Source: Pseudopedobacter sp.
GTDB taxonomy: Bacteria; Bacteroidota; Bacteroidia; Sphingobacteriales; Sphingobacteriaceae
NCBI GenBank assembly: GCA_014378105.1
Contig: JACMOI010000022.1
Span: 792-64,791, forward strand
Reading direction: 5' to 3'
Length of the DNA: 64,000 nucleotides
Shown here: in pieces, positions 52,101 to 62,946 of the stretch
Layout: every line of letters starts with the position of its first letter
Position numbering within the stretch: the stretch's first letter is position 1
Made by a program: the position numbers and the translations under genes
The notes under the pieces: generated by a model
Seen by the model: only the letters and a program-made list of their open reading frames with translations
Told to the model about the DNA's origin: nothing
Database searches by the model: none

Positions 52101-55100
52101 TTTATAGGCAGCCCTTGCATAGCCATCTCTCAAATTTTTTATGTCAACAGATAAAGACTGCTCATTTTGTTTGGTGTCTCCTCTAAAGTTCGAATAGTCT
52201 TTTTGGCGTTGAATACCCGGCGGAACCACGTAAGGAATTGGAGTTCTGGTGCCATTTTCTTCCAAAGAAACGGTGGTTACATCTAAGATAGAGTTATCTA
52301 ATCCAGGATTATTTAAAGAAGGATCTGTTAGGGCTTTTGCAGGATTATTTTCAGCATTAAATCTTCTCCATTCGCCTCTTACCAGTTGTAAACGAGCAAA
52401 TCTTAGAATGGTGGTGTCCACAAAATCAGTTAAAAATAATCGCATAAAACGGATGGATTTAAAATCTTGAATGTTACCCACTTTATTGGTGTATTGTGCA
52501 ATAGGAACTTTGAATTGATACCAGTTTACTGACGTTTTATTTCCATTTGCTAAAGTAACATTAGATGTTACCTTATCGGTAATAAAGCCTTTACCAACCA
52601 TCATATCTTGGGGACGCAGACTTACTTTATATTGAAAATACTCATCGGCTTTTGTGGAGTTGTTATCACGATTGATATCTTCTCCATCGGGATAAGAAGT
52701 AGACGCCGAATTGTCAATTCCAATCGCATTATTTGATTGTTGTGTAGTTTTTGAGTTTCCTTCTGTACCGTTATAATTCTCGTATCTTTTTAAAATTCCT
52801 GCATTTATTTGATCCAGCTGAGGGCCACGGTAATAAACGTAATCGTCAGAGGAAGGGTCATTCTTAAAAGTAGTGGCAGCTTGAGGGCCTAATATTGAAG
52901 TTACCTGATTAACTATGGTTTGATACTTTTTTAATTCACCAGCATCATCCAAACCATCTAAACCAACGTCTTGTACTTTTCTGGCATTAGGGTCGTTGTC
53001 AAAAGCCTGAACAACAGGCTGAAGTTTAGGAACTTTTCCCCAAACGGTTTCATCTGTTTTTGTGGGATCTCCGTCAACTGGTAAGCCATTTTCTAAGCTT
53101 TTTCTACCATCTTTTAATATATCTTCCGAGATATTACCAATGTTAAAGTATAAATCGCCGCCTACTGAATTTTGTTTATCAATGAAAGGATCCATTATCC
53201 AGAATTCTATAAATTCGATATTTAGAGCTTCAAAATCATTGGTCTCAATCTTTCTAAACATTCCGCCCCATCGGTTTCTTGGATTGTTTAATGTCCCATC
53301 AGGATTAACGCCAGTAGCAGTAAAATTATAAGGCCCCCTTAATGTTGGATAATAGGCAACGTTTAAAGTAGGCAATGTTAAAAGTGTTCCAGTTGCTGAT
53401 TGTTTATAAGGGAAAACCTCAGTCTCTAACACTTCCCTGACATAAGGTTTAGAAAGTTCTGCCTTGTTATTTTGTATATTAGAGGGCGTAAAATTGCTTG
53501 TTCGACTGTAAAAAATAGGGTCGATATTAAAGAAAGATAATTTAGCCCTGTTAAATCCGTAAGATAAATCATTAGTGTATTGAGACTCTGGAAATAACTG
53601 AGGTGTGCCTGAAATTTGCCAAACGTTAGCACTTTTTAAATCGATAACAGATCTTGCGCCTTCAAAATCATCAATGTAACTGGTTCCTCCATTACTCCCG
53701 GCAAAATCTAATGCTTTTGGGTGACCTGGGTTAAAGCTTGCAAATTCACCTGTAAAATTAAGAGAAGAGATTTCTTTGGTAGAAATGAAGGGTATTTTAT
53801 CTACTAATTTTGTTAAGAACCGACTGTCTTTGGTGTAATTTAAATCAAAACCATAAATGGTGTTAGAGATAGACTCTTCTCCGAAATTCACTTTTTGTGT
53901 AAGTGGAGTTTCTTTTAGATTCATTAAAGTGGCGCCTAAATTTAAATTATCACTTACTCGATAATCTAATCTTGTTCCAAATAATGATTTTTGCTGAATG
54001 CCAAAAAGCTCATTACTTTCTAGTTGAATTTTAATGGGTTGTCCCGAGTTTAATAATGCTTCGTTCAAAATTTTCACTCGCCCAATGTTATAATCAACTG
54101 TGAAATCAGCACCTTCCTGTAGTTTTAGAGTTCCGGCAGTTACTACTACAGATCCTTCTGGGACATTAATGGCATTTAATTGAAACTCTGAACTTACCTG
54201 AGATTGATAAGTTCCTTTAATTATATAGCGATTTAAACCAGGGAAAAATTGTTGAGCAACTGTTTTTGTTGAATCATATAACGGTTGATAAACATATTTA
54301 TTAATCAACCCTTGCTCAGACCCTAGAATAAATTGCGAAGCTAAATCTTTACCAAAAGGTTCTATGGTTGGGAATATAATTTTCCCATTTTGCGCATCAA
54401 TAGTAATTCCTTCTAAGAAATCAAATTTTCCATCAGGTTGCTTGGCATTTTGTTGGTTTAAACGATCAAGATTGGTCACCTGAATCCATAATTTTCCTTG
54501 TGTGTTTTGTCCTTCGGTAATCAGTGGTTTTTCAACGCCCGATTTATCATCTATCCTAAAAATATTCAAATTAAAATCTTGAGGACTAATTTGATAAGCA
54601 CCTAAAGAATAGATGTTTTTCATCATTAAATTCCATAGTGGAAGATTGGTTTTAATAGTTTCATTTTTTAATAACTTAGTATAAAGAACCTGCGGATTGT
54701 CTGGCGTTACGTTTAAATCAGTAGAAAATTCGCCCACTTGATATTCTGTACCGTTTACCGTATAGCGGTAAGCGACAGCTAAAACTTCATCTGCATTTAA
54801 TGCATTATTTAAAGAGATGTAACCTAATTGCGGATGAAGTATAAATTCCTTTTCGGTTAATTTTCTGGCGTAGGTAAGTTTGTTATAGTTGTCGGTTTTG
54901 CCAGTATTCGAAAAATAGGTGTCAATATCATTCGAATTTGTCAAACGGGCTCCGGGAGGTATGTTTTGTAATAAATTATTGGATTGTTGAGGAAAACCGG
55001 GGCCATTAAATCCTCCTGGCAGCACAGAGAATCCTGTGCCGCCCTGAAATCGACTATTGTTGTAAGGCTTATTTTCTCCTAAATCTAAAAAGGCTAAAAT

Positions 55101-56144
55101 ATCTCTAGAATCTGTAGTGCTATTGCTTCTGTTTGTTACCCAAACTTCAATTTTTGTAATGTTAATATTAGAGGTAATGATGGGTAAGTTTGCCATCGCT
55201 TTATTGTAATTAGCTCTAAAATATTGCGCTAAAAAATAGTGTTTATTTGCTTCATAACCATCAGTTGTAATTCTGAATTGATTTTGCTGAGCGCCATTGC
55301 TGATGTTAATTTCTTTGGATTGAGATTTCTGTTGTGAATAAATACTTGTTACTCCTAACCTGCCAAATTGTAGTTGTGTTTTTAAACCAAAAAGTGCTTG
55401 ACTTCCACTAATTAAAGTAGTATTTAATGGGAAACTGACCATACCAGCCTCAATTTTTCTAATAATTTCGTCTTTCCTTCCGGTGTATTCTAACTTCACC
55501 TGATTTTCAAAATCGAACTGGGCTTCAGTATTGTAATTTGTTGTAATTTTCAGCTTATCGCCGATATTACCAATCACATTCATTTGTATTCTTTGATTGA
55601 AATCGAAATTACCTTGTTTACGCTGACGTTCGTTAAATAGCGGGTTTTCATTTCGATTTATCCTACCAGAAAAAGTTAAATCAGCAGAACCACGGGGTTG
55701 AATATTAATGGTATTTCCACCAAAAATTTTCTCAAACGCCTTATTATTAATTTTAACATCTGGAATAAAACCTTCTTTGGGTTTTTCTCCTCCTGTGGCA
55801 ACAACAGTTTTCCAATATGAATTGATAATATTTTTTTCTTCTAAAGCCTGATACTCCTTAAAAGTGAGATACTGTGGAGGTTTAATTAATTTTCCATTTA
55901 CAGTTTCTTTTACGATATATTTCTTCGTAATTGGATCATACTCAACCGTAGTTTTTACATTTTGTGGATTACCTAAAAATAAGCTGTTATTACTAAAAAT
56001 AGGAGTGGTATAGCTGTCTTTAACTGGATATTTTAGCTTTAAAGAATCTTTTTTATCGGTTTGAGCAAACGCAGTGATGCCTGATAATAGCAAATTAAAA
56101 AACACACACAATCCATAAGAAAGACGAGTAAGTTTAATTTTCAA
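49104..56144 (-). CDS. sprA: Type IX secretion system outer-membrane translocon SprA/Sov
   Basis: 2346 aa; FDFENQVKLEY, SYIDDFEG, ISEDILKDG, WFNELRL; downstream of ruvA; TTG start. Confidence 0.95.
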   Translation of the reverse strand: MKIKLTRLSYGLCVFFNLLLSGITAFAQTDKKDSLKLKYPVKDSYTTPIFSNNSLFLGNPQNVKTTVEYDPITKKYIVKETVNGKLIKPPQYLTFKEYQALEEKNIINSYWKTVVATGGEKPKEGFIPDVKINNKAFEKIFGGNTINIQPRGSADLTFSGRINRNENPLFNERQRKQGNFDFNQRIQMNVIGNIGDKLKITTNYNTEAQFDFENQVKLEYTGRKDEIIRKIEAGMVSFPLNTTLISGSQALFGLKTQLQFGRLGVTSIYSQQKSQSKEINISNGAQQNQFRITTDGYEANKHYFLAQYFRANYNKAMANLPIITSNINITKIEVWVTNRSNSTTDSRDILAFLDLGENKPYNNSRFQGGTGFSVLPGGFNGPGFPQQSNNLLQNIPPGARLTNSNDIDTYFSNTGKTDNYNKLTYARKLTEKEFILHPQLGYISLNNALNADEVLAVAYRYTVNGTEYQVGEFSTDLNVTPDNPQVLYTKLLKNETIKTNLPLWNLMMKNIYSLGAYQISPQDFNLNIFRIDDKSGVEKPLITEGQNTQGKLWIQVTNLDRLNQQNAKQPDGKFDFLEGITIDAQNGKIIFPTIEPFGKDLASQFILGSEQGLINKYVYQPLYDSTKTVAQQFFPGLNRYIIKGTYQSQVSSEFQLNAINVPEGSVVVTAGTLKLQEGADFTVDYNIGRVKILNEALLNSGQPIKIQLESNELFGIQQKSLFGTRLDYRVSDNLNLGATLMNLKETPLTQKVNFGEESISNTIYGFDLNYTKDSRFLTKLVDKIPFISTKEISSLNFTGEFASFNPGHPKALDFAGSNGGTSYIDDFEGARSVIDLKSANVWQISGTPQLFPESQYTNDLSYGFNRAKLSFFNIDPIFYSRTSNFTPSNIQNNKAELSKPYVREVLETEVFPYKQSATGTLLTLPTLNVAYYPTLRGPYNFTATGVNPDGTLNNPRNRWGGMFRKIETNDFEALNIEFIEFWIMDPFIDKQNSVGGDLYFNIGNISEDILKDGRKSLENGLPVDGDPTKTDETVWGKVPKLQPVVQAFDNDPNARKVQDVGLDGLDDAGELKKYQTIVNQVTSILGPQAATTFKNDPSSDDYVYYRGPQLDQINAGILKRYENYNGTEGNSKTTQQSNNAIGIDNSASTSYPDGEDINRDNNSTKADEYFQYKVSLRPQDMMVGKGFITDKVTSNVTLANGNKTSVNWYQFKVPIAQYTNKVGNIQDFKSIRFMRLFLTDFVDTTILRFARLQLVRGEWRRFNAENNPAKALTDPSLNNPGLDNSILDVTTVSLEENGTRTPIPYVVPPGIQRQKDYSNFRGDTKQNEQSLSVDIKNLRDGYARAAYKTTLNDVRSYKRLKMFVHAEGDFLKDKDITAFIRLGTDYQDNFYEYEIPTKITAPGSKDPAVIWPEENNIDIQFSLFQKAKVARNTAMLNGQPWPINLPYSISDGKNTITIKGQPDLSKIRILMLGARNPLKTNGSTDDGLDKSVNLWFNELRLTDFDESGGWAATARLNAKLADFGDVTVSANKSTIGFGSLDKRVSELNRSDDRFFDVSSSFELGKFFPQKSGLKIPMYINYSSQLSTPQYDPKNLDIKLKNVLDQVSNSVRDSILNYAQDFTQRRSINFTNVRKIKTDPTVKNHLWDIENWNLTYAYTEYGHHDFINQNAVQKTYRGALGYNYNNPAKFITPFDKLIKSKSLGLIKDFNFSLLPSVLNFRIELNRLYSENTLRDNDPNNFIPIRTTFNKNFQINRLYGISWDLTKSLKLDFNATNLSVVDEPQGRITGLKRDTLWENLKKLGRTTNYNHTVSLSYSVPINKIPGLDFINLITRYQTQFNWITEPLISLNSPEINFGNTIQNSRTIQLNPTLNMNLLYNKFGLYRRLNDPNYEGSGVSKFFLNLLTSVKNLSGSYIRNDGTFLPGYLPKTDAFGYDFKANAPGVGFILGSQQDIRGKALSNGWLTQDTLQNQLYLTNLNQKLNLRGTIEPFKDFRIELTAFKDDSKTYSTNFRYSNATSGFQSLSPITSGNYSISIISLGSAFRDKGNAKASQVFNQFITNRSLVSQRLGRDNPNSAGVIGEFADGYGKNAQDVVIPAFLAAYQNKGADKVSLNKFPKIPVPNWRITYNGLAKLDALSKIFSSFDLTHSYSSTYNVNGFNSLIRYSQINGAVNVRDAESNFLPFYQFSQITLFEQFVPLLGIDMRMKNNMTANVEYRKSRSLSLGLSNSQLASQKDQAFVIGFGYRTSDFRFPFGLFRNFNLKNDLNFKMDVAIRDNKTVIYRADVNDPEISAGSKNITFRPSIDYVINQRFNLRLFYDSNVTKPYTSQTFVTAFTNFGVNLRFTIQ

Positions 56145-56166
56145 GCGTTTTTAGTTAAGATTGTAA

Positions 56167-56751
56167 TTATAAGCTTTTCAGAGCAATTTTTATGATTTCT
56201 TCTACACTTAAAGGCTCAACGGATTTTCTTACAGCAGCCTCAACAGCCTTATCAGCTACGCTTTTGGCAAAGCCCAACATCACTAAAGCACTTAACGCTT
56301 CATCTTTAGAACTATTATTTAAAGGAGCAGAAATTAATGTTCCAGGGCCATCTTTCTTCAATTTATCCTGAAGTTCTATGATTAATCTTTGGGCCGATTT
56401 TGGGCCGATTCCTTTTATCCTTTGGATTTGAGGAACATCACCTTTTACAATAGCTTCTTGTATTTCTGAAGGAGAAATGGAGGACAACATCATCCTTGCA
56501 GTATTAGGACCTATGCCATTTACAGAAATCAAATGAATAAAAAGTCGCTTTTCACCTTCATCTGCAAAGCCAAATAATGTATGAGCGTCTTCCTTCACTA
56601 CCAAAAAGGCGTATAACTTACAACGCTCTAGATCTTTAAGAGCGCTGTAAGTATTTAATGAAATGTGAATATGGTAACCAATCCCTCCGGTTTCTATCAC
56701 CACATATGCGGGACATTTGAAAGTTAATTTACCATCTATATATGCGTACAT
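56167..56751 (-). CDS. ruvA: Holliday junction branch migration protein
   Basis: EDAHTLFGF, VNGIGP, KGIGPKSAQR, ALVMLGF. Confidence 0.97.
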   Translation of the reverse strand: MYAYIDGKLTFKCPAYVVIETGGIGYHIHISLNTYSALKDLERCKLYAFLVVKEDAHTLFGFADEGEKRLFIHLISVNGIGPNTARMMLSSISPSEIQEAIVKGDVPQIQRIKGIGPKSAQRLIIELQDKLKKDGPGTLISAPLNNSSKDEALSALVMLGFAKSVADKAVEAAVRKSVEPLSVEEIIKIALKSL

Positions 56752-56752
56752 A

Positions 56753-59080
56753 TTAAACGTTAGTTTTTGTTCTTCTTACTTTAGATAGCAAGCCACCTTT
56801 TCTCTCCAAGGTAACATTTTCTTTTGTTTGTACATCAACCACTGCAATAGTAATCATGTTTACAATTTCCCTAACCGAGCTTCCTAATTGCAATACATGA
56901 ACTGGTTTGTTCATCCCTAATAAAATAGGGCCTACTGCTTCAGCGCCACCTAGTTCTTGCAATAATTTGTAAGCAATATTTCCAGAGTCTAAGTTAGGAA
57001 AAACCAAAGTGTTAGCTGGCCCGTCTTTTAATTTTGAAAATGGAAAATTATCAGCTAATAAAGATGGGTTTAAAGCGAAATTAGCCTGCATTTCTCCGTC
57101 TACTATAATATCAGGATGATTTTGATGTAAGAATTTGACAGTTTCTCTGGTCTTTTGTGGAATTTCCCCTTCGTTAGAACCAAAGTTAGAATAAGATAAA
57201 ATCGCAATCCTTGGTTTAATATTGAATTGTTTCACAGATTTATTAACCAATAAGGTAACGTCAACCAACTCCTCCACATTTGGATTTACATTAATGGTCG
57301 TATCTGCAAAGAAAATAGGTCCTTTTTTAGTGAGCATCATATACATACCTGCCACCCTGTTAACACCAGGCTCGGTACCAATAATTTGTAAAGCTGGTTT
57401 TACAGTAGAAGCATAGTTTTTAGTTAAACCAGAGATTAAAGCATCAGCTTCGCCAAACTCAACCATCGAGGCACCAAAATAGTTACGATCTCTCATGTTT
57501 TTTCTGGCTTCGTATAAAGTAAATCCTCTTCTTTGACGCTTTTCGTAAAGGTTTTGAGCAAACTTTTCGCTCATTTCCTTTTCTTCAGCAGGGTCAATAA
57601 TGGTGATGCCATCTAGTTCTAATTCATTTTCTTTAATGATGTGATGAATCACTTTTTTATTCCCTAGCAATATTGGAATGGCAATACCTTCATCATGCAC
57701 AATTTGTGCTGCCTTTAAAATTTTATAATTATCAGCCTCAGCAAAAACCACTCTTTTTGGTGCTGCCTTTGCTTTGTTAGTAATAGCTCTTAAAATGGCA
57801 TCATCCATTCCAAGACGTTTTTTTAATTCGGTATTATAAGCTTCCCAATCGGTAATTGGATGTCTTGCCACGCCAGACTCCATCGCTGCTCTGGCAACAG
57901 CCGGAGAAACTGTAGTAATCAATCTAAAATCAATAGGCTTCGGAATGATATAATCCTTGCCATATTTTAAATTTTTTGCATTATAAGCTAAGTTAACAGC
58001 TTCCGGAACAGGCTCTTTAGCCAAAGCTGCAATTGCTCTTACGGCTGCAATTTTCATTTCCTCATTTATAGCTGTAGACCTAACATCCAAAGCACCTCTA
58101 AAAATATAAGGGAAACCTAAAACATTATTTACTTGATTTGGATAATCAGAACGGCCTGTAGCCATAATAATATCCTTTCGTGTTTTTACGGCTATTTCAT
58201 AAGCAATCTCGGGGTTTGGATTAGCCATTGCAAAAACGATTGGATTTTTCGCCATGGTTTTCAAAGCTTCAGCACTTAAAACATCTGCTGATGAAAGCCC
58301 GATGAAAACATCTGCATCTTTCATAGCATCTGCCAGAGTATGAATATCTCTTTTAGTAGCAAATTCTAGTTTTGTTCCGTCTAGGTTTTTACGATCAGCT
58401 CTAATGACACCACTTCTATCCAACATCACAATATTCTCTTTTAAAGCACCTAAAGAAACATATAAACGGGTACAAGAAATTGCGGCGGCACCTGCCCCAT
58501 TAACTACAATTTTAACTTTATCAAGTTTCTTTTTTTGCAGCTCACAAGCATTTAATAAAGCTGCTGCCGAAATAATTGCTGTTCCATGCTGATCATCATG
58601 CATCACTGGAATTTTCATCTCGGCTTTTAAACGCCGTTCAATTTCGAAACATTCTGGAGCAGCAATATCCTCTAAGTTTACACCCCCAAAAGTGGGCTCT
58701 AAAGCTTTAACAATTTTTACAAAATCGTCAACATTTTTAGTGTCTAATTCTAAGTCGAAAACATCTATATCTGCAAAAATTTTAAATAATAATCCTTTGC
58801 CTTCCATTACTGGTTTCCCAGCTTCGGGGCCAATATCACCCAATCCTAAAACAGCGGTTCCATTGCTAATTACAGCTACTAAATTACCTTTAGCGGTATA
58901 TTTATAAACATCATCTTTGTTTTCGGCTATTCTTAAACAAGGTTCGGCAACACCGGGTGAATAGGCTAAAGCAAGATCTCTTTGTGAGTTTGTTGGTTTA
59001 GTAGGTATTACCTGAATCTTCCCTGGGCGCCCTTGAGAATGATAATCTAAGGCGTCTTGTTTTCTATTCGATTTACTCAT
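56753..59080 (-). CDS. maeB: NADP-dependent malic enzyme with phosphotransacetylase domain
   Basis: [37 protein letters not shown]-terminal PTA domain. Confidence 0.96.
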   Translation of the reverse strand: MSKSNRKQDALDYHSQGRPGKIQVIPTKPTNSQRDLALAYSPGVAEPCLRIAENKDDVYKYTAKGNLVAVISNGTAVLGLGDIGPEAGKPVMEGKGLLFKIFADIDVFDLELDTKNVDDFVKIVKALEPTFGGVNLEDIAAPECFEIERRLKAEMKIPVMHDDQHGTAIISAAALLNACELQKKKLDKVKIVVNGAGAAAISCTRLYVSLGALKENIVMLDRSGVIRADRKNLDGTKLEFATKRDIHTLADAMKDADVFIGLSSADVLSAEALKTMAKNPIVFAMANPNPEIAYEIAVKTRKDIIMATGRSDYPNQVNNVLGFPYIFRGALDVRSTAINEEMKIAAVRAIAALAKEPVPEAVNLAYNAKNLKYGKDYIIPKPIDFRLITTVSPAVARAAMESGVARHPITDWEAYNTELKKRLGMDDAILRAITNKAKAAPKRVVFAEADNYKILKAAQIVHDEGIAIPILLGNKKVIHHIIKENELELDGITIIDPAEEKEMSEKFAQNLYEKRQRRGFTLYEARKNMRDRNYFGASMVEFGEADALISGLTKNYASTVKPALQIIGTEPGVNRVAGMYMMLTKKGPIFFADTTINVNPNVEELVDVTLLVNKSVKQFNIKPRIAILSYSNFGSNEGEIPQKTRETVKFLHQNHPDIIVDGEMQANFALNPSLLADNFPFSKLKDGPANTLVFPNLDSGNIAYKLLQELGGAEAVGPILLGMNKPVHVLQLGSSVREIVNMITIAVVDVQTKENVTLERKGGLLSKVRRTKTNV

Positions 59081-59102
59081 TTTTTGTTTAATCAGTTCGC
59101 GT

Positions 59103-59110
59103 CAAAAATA
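59103..59110 (-). promoter_or_regulatory. -7 promoter element for maeB-ruvA-sprA
   Basis: TATTTTTG on the minus strand. Confidence 0.55.
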
Positions 59111-59603
59111 CGATTCTTAAAATGGAGCAGAAAATAAAATACTGCTTTTAAGATTTTTATATGAAAAGCAAAGGTTAGCCTTCGTTTCTTTCGATAGTAT
59201 AGCTATCCCTTGCAATCTTTTTGTTGATGTTCTCTATTTTTTAAAAAGCAGCAAAAAGTCTAGCTGCCGCAGGAAGGCTTTTTCAGTACTATCGGGTTTA
59301 TTAAACTCAATTTAACCCATCTTAATTTAGGTTTATCATCGTCTGTGTTCTCAGAAAACATTAAGTTTGTAAGGTTTTCGTTCTGAAAAGACACAGAACG
59401 AAGAATAAGATTTCAATATATTTTATTAGTTTTTTCTGCAATTCATGGTTTGTTTGCTCACAGGCTATTCTTTTACAAGGTTCCTTTCTGTAGGAACAAA
59501 TATCGAGGAATAAAATTCAACACTATAAACTAATCTTCATCATCCCAAAATCATCATCCTAAATTTATAAGCTGACAAATTGTCATTTTCACATAATCTT
59601 TTA

Positions 59604-59611
59604 TAATTTTG
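59604..59611 (+). promoter_or_regulatory. -7 promoter element for the miaB operon
   Basis: TAATTTTG 12 nt upstream of the ATG. Confidence 0.6.
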
Positions 59612-59623
59612 TAATCCAAATAA

Positions 59624-61051
59624 ATGCGCATGATAGAATTAGATTTAGCTTCTAAACAACACGATGAGACCAGGCAGGGTGAAGCTTTAATTTTAGAAAA
59701 CAAAACATTAGAAAAAAATCAACGGAAGCTTTATATAGAAAGTTATGGTTGTGCCATGAATTTTTCGGATAGTGAAATTGTAGCTTCAATTTTAAGCGAG
59801 GATGGTTTTTCAACCACGCCAGACTATAATGAAGCCGACGTGATTTTTATCAATACCTGCTCTATCCGCGAAAATGCTGAAACCAGGGTTAGAAATAGAT
59901 TGAAGCAATTTAAAGCCATAAAAAAAACAAATAAAGGTTTAGTAATTGGTGTTTTAGGTTGTATGGCCGAACGTTTAAAGTCTAAATTTTTAGAAGAAGA
60001 ACAATTGGTTGATGTAGTGGTTGGTCCAGATGCTTACCGCGATCTACCTAATTTGATTAAACAAGTAAACGGTGGACAAAAAGCAATCAACGTTTTGCTT
60101 TCCCGCGAAGAAACCTATGCGGATTTAAGTCCAGTAAGGTTAAACTCAAACGGTATTTCTGCTTTTGTATCCATTATGCGTGGTTGCGATAATATGTGTT
60201 CTTTTTGCGTAGTGCCTTTTACTAGAGGACGTGAACGTAGCCGAGATGCATATTCTATTGTAAAAGAGGTAAAAGACTTGTTAAATGATGGTTACAAAGA
60301 AGTAACGCTATTGGGACAAAATGTAGATTCCTATAAGTGGTCTTCGGAAGATGGAACGGAAAAAGTGAATTTTGCTCACTTACTAGAAATGGTGGCTTTG
60401 GTAAGTCCAACCGTGCGGGTGCGCTTTTCAACTTCTCATCCAAAAGATATTACAGATGAAGTAATAGAAACCATTGCGAAATATAAGAACATCTGTAATT
60501 ATATTCATTTACCTGTTCAGTCTGGAAATTCAAGAGTTTTAGGTTTAATGAACCGAACTTATACTCGAGAATGGTATTTGAATAGGATAGATGCGATTAG
60601 AAGAATCATTCCAGAATGCGGGATTTCTACAGATATCATCTCAGGTTTCTGTACAGAGACTGATGAAGATCATCAAGAAACTTTGAGTATGATGGAGTTG
60701 GTTAAATATGAATTTGCTTATATGTATTCCTATTCAGAAAGACCGGGAACGCCAGCGGCTAAAAAATTTACCGATGATGTTTCTCCCGAATTGAAGCAAA
60801 AAAGATTAGAAGAAATCATAGCCTTACAGCAAATACATAGTCGGTACAGAGCTCAGAAAAGAGTGGGAAAAATCGAGGAAGTATTAATTGAAGGGTTTTC
60901 AAAAAAATCAAAAACAGATTATTGCGGAAGAAGCGATCACAACCATATGGTAATTTTCCCAGTCGTTAAAGGATACCAGCCTGGTGATTATGTGAAAGTA
61001 TTGGTTGAAAAAACCACAACCGCAACTTTAATAGGAAAAATAGTGGAATAA
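59624..61051 (+). CDS. miaB: tRNA i6A37 methylthiotransferase
   Basis: [24 protein letters not shown]-terminal TRAM domain. Confidence 0.97.
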   Translation: MRMIELDLASKQHDETRQGEALILENKTLEKNQRKLYIESYGCAMNFSDSEIVASILSEDGFSTTPDYNEADVIFINTCSIRENAETRVRNRLKQFKAIKKTNKGLVIGVLGCMAERLKSKFLEEEQLVDVVVGPDAYRDLPNLIKQVNGGQKAINVLLSREETYADLSPVRLNSNGISAFVSIMRGCDNMCSFCVVPFTRGRERSRDAYSIVKEVKDLLNDGYKEVTLLGQNVDSYKWSSEDGTEKVNFAHLLEMVALVSPTVRVRFSTSHPKDITDEVIETIAKYKNICNYIHLPVQSGNSRVLGLMNRTYTREWYLNRIDAIRRIIPECGISTDIISGFCTETDEDHQETLSMMELVKYEFAYMYSYSERPGTPAAKKFTDDVSPELKQKRLEEIIALQQIHSRYRAQKRVGKIEEVLIEGFSKKSKTDYCGRSDHNHMVIFPVVKGYQPGDYVKVLVEKTTTATLIGKIVE

Positions 61052-61149
61052 AAGTGAGGCAGGATATTTGAGAATATTATAAAAGTCTCATATCTAACAT
61101 CTCATTCCGATAGTTATCGGGACTTACATTTCAATACTCGCATCTAAAT

Positions 61150-62385
61150 ATGGATTTACAAGATATTAAACAGCGCTTTGGCATCATCGGAAGTTCTCCT
61201 TTGTTAACGCGAGCGATAGATATTGCTAGACAAGTGGCACCTACCGATATCACAGTGATGATTACTGGAGAGAGTGGGTCTGGAAAGGAAGTTTTTTCGC
61301 ACATTATCCATCAATTAAGTGCCCGTAAACATGGTCCGTTTATCGCAGTTAACTGTGGCGCAATTCCAGAAGGAACCATAGATTCTGAATTATTTGGTCA
61401 TGAGAAAGGTTCTTTTACAGGAGCACACGAAGCTCGTAAAGGTTACTTTGAAGTGGTGAATGGTGGAACTATATTTTTAGATGAGGTTGGAGAGTTACCA
61501 TTAGGAACTCAAGCCAGATTATTGCGAGTATTAGAAACTGGTGAATATATCAGAGTAGGTTCTTCCAAGGTTCAAAAAACAGATGCTCGAGTGGTAGCAG
61601 CAACTAATGTAGATATGTTTCAGGCAGTTCAAGCCGGAAAATTTAGAGAAGATTTATATTATCGTTTAAATACTGTGCCCTTAAAAATACCGCCATTAAG
61701 AGATCGTAAAGAAGATATTCATTTAATTTTCAGAAAGTTCATAGCTGATTTTTCCGATAAATATCGCTCTCCAAATGTGACTTTAGATGACGGTGCGGTA
61801 CAGGTTTTAACAAATTATAACTGGCCAGGAAATGTTCGCCAATTAAAAAATATTGCCGAGCAAATCGCCGTTTTAGAAAGAGAGCGCCATATCACTGCTC
61901 AAACATTATTGTCCTACATTCCAACAGATCAAACCAGTAATTTGCCTATGCGGTTAAATCGGCAAGGGAAAGAAGATTTTTCTGAAAGGGATATTCTCTA
62001 CAAAGTACTTTTTGATATGAAGAAGGATATGGTGGAGTTGAAAAAATTAGTGGTTGATATCATTCAGAACGGAGATAACGTTTCTAATTATGCTGATAAT
62101 AATCCTCAGGTGATTAATTCTTTATATAAGGATATCGAGATGCCAATAAATGAGTCTACTTTGACTATACAGCAGCCAGTAAATATGAATCGTCAGCAAG
62201 ATGATTATCACATTACACATGATGCAGAGGAAGTTGAAGAATCTTTGTCTTTAATAGATAAAGAAGCGGATATGATTAAAAAAGCATTAAAAAAGCATAA
62301 GGGAAAACGGAAAGCAGCATCAGAAGAATTAGGAATTTCTGAACGTACTTTATATCGAAAAATTAAAGAATTAAACTTAAACTAA
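61150..62385 (+). CDS. Sigma-54-interacting AAA+ transcriptional regulator with Fis HTH, no input domain
   Basis: [46 protein letters not shown]. Confidence 0.93.
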   Translation: MDLQDIKQRFGIIGSSPLLTRAIDIARQVAPTDITVMITGESGSGKEVFSHIIHQLSARKHGPFIAVNCGAIPEGTIDSELFGHEKGSFTGAHEARKGYFEVVNGGTIFLDEVGELPLGTQARLLRVLETGEYIRVGSSKVQKTDARVVAATNVDMFQAVQAGKFREDLYYRLNTVPLKIPPLRDRKEDIHLIFRKFIADFSDKYRSPNVTLDDGAVQVLTNYNWPGNVRQLKNIAEQIAVLERERHITAQTLLSYIPTDQTSNLPMRLNRQGKEDFSERDILYKVLFDMKKDMVELKKLVVDIIQNGDNVSNYADNNPQVINSLYKDIEMPINESTLTIQQPVNMNRQQDDYHITHDAEEVEESLSLIDKEADMIKKALKKHKGKRKAASEELGISERTLYRKIKELNLN

Positions 62386-62388
62386 ACC

Positions 62389-62907
62389 ATGAAAAGAAGA
62401 GTTTTTATGTTTTTGATAGTGCCATTTATCACTTTTACTAGTGGCTGTGGCGTTTATTCTTTTACTGGAGGATCTATTGGGGCACTTAAAACGGTTTCAG
62501 TCCCCATATTTGAGAATACAGCAGTCTTAGTAAATCCGAATTTGAGCCAATCTTTTACAGAAGCATTGAAAGCTCGTATTCGTTCTCAAACCAGTTTGAG
62601 TTTTGTAAGGACTGAAGGAGAAGCAAATTTCGAGGGTAGAATAACTGACTATAATATTCAGCCTGTGGCAATCCAAGGTAATCAAAAAGTGACTGCGGGT
62701 TTAACCCGATTGACGATAACCGTCCAGGTAAAATATATAAACAGGTTAAAAGGAGAAGAAGCTAAAAGTTTTGACCAAGCTTTCACACGTTATATCGATT
62801 TTGACCAAACAAAAGGTTCTTTTGCAAGTCAAGAACAAAATTTGGTAAAACAAGTTAACGACCAATTAACAGAAGATATTTATAATAAGGCTTTTGCCAA
62901 TTGGTAG
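62389..62907 (+). CDS. lptE: LptE family lipoprotein
   Basis: Lipobox TSGC then GVYSFTG; RLTITVQVKY; ends IYNKAFANW; typical context. Confidence 0.75.
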   Translation: MKRRVFMFLIVPFITFTSGCGVYSFTGGSIGALKTVSVPIFENTAVLVNPNLSQSFTEALKARIRSQTSLSFVRTEGEANFEGRITDYNIQPVAIQGNQKVTAGLTRLTITVQVKYINRLKGEEAKSFDQAFTRYIDFDQTKGSFASQEQNLVKQVNDQLTEDIYNKAFANW

Positions 62908-62946
62908 GCTTTTACTACCTTCACAAGGTTTAAAAAGAAAACAACA

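Noticed and set aside
49104-59080. maeB-ruvA-sprA linkage as a new system
   Set aside because: Familiar conserved Bacteroidota gene order
406-60443. Many short ORFs nested within or antisense to long genes
   Set aside because: Shadow frames of well-supported CDSs with no independent evidence
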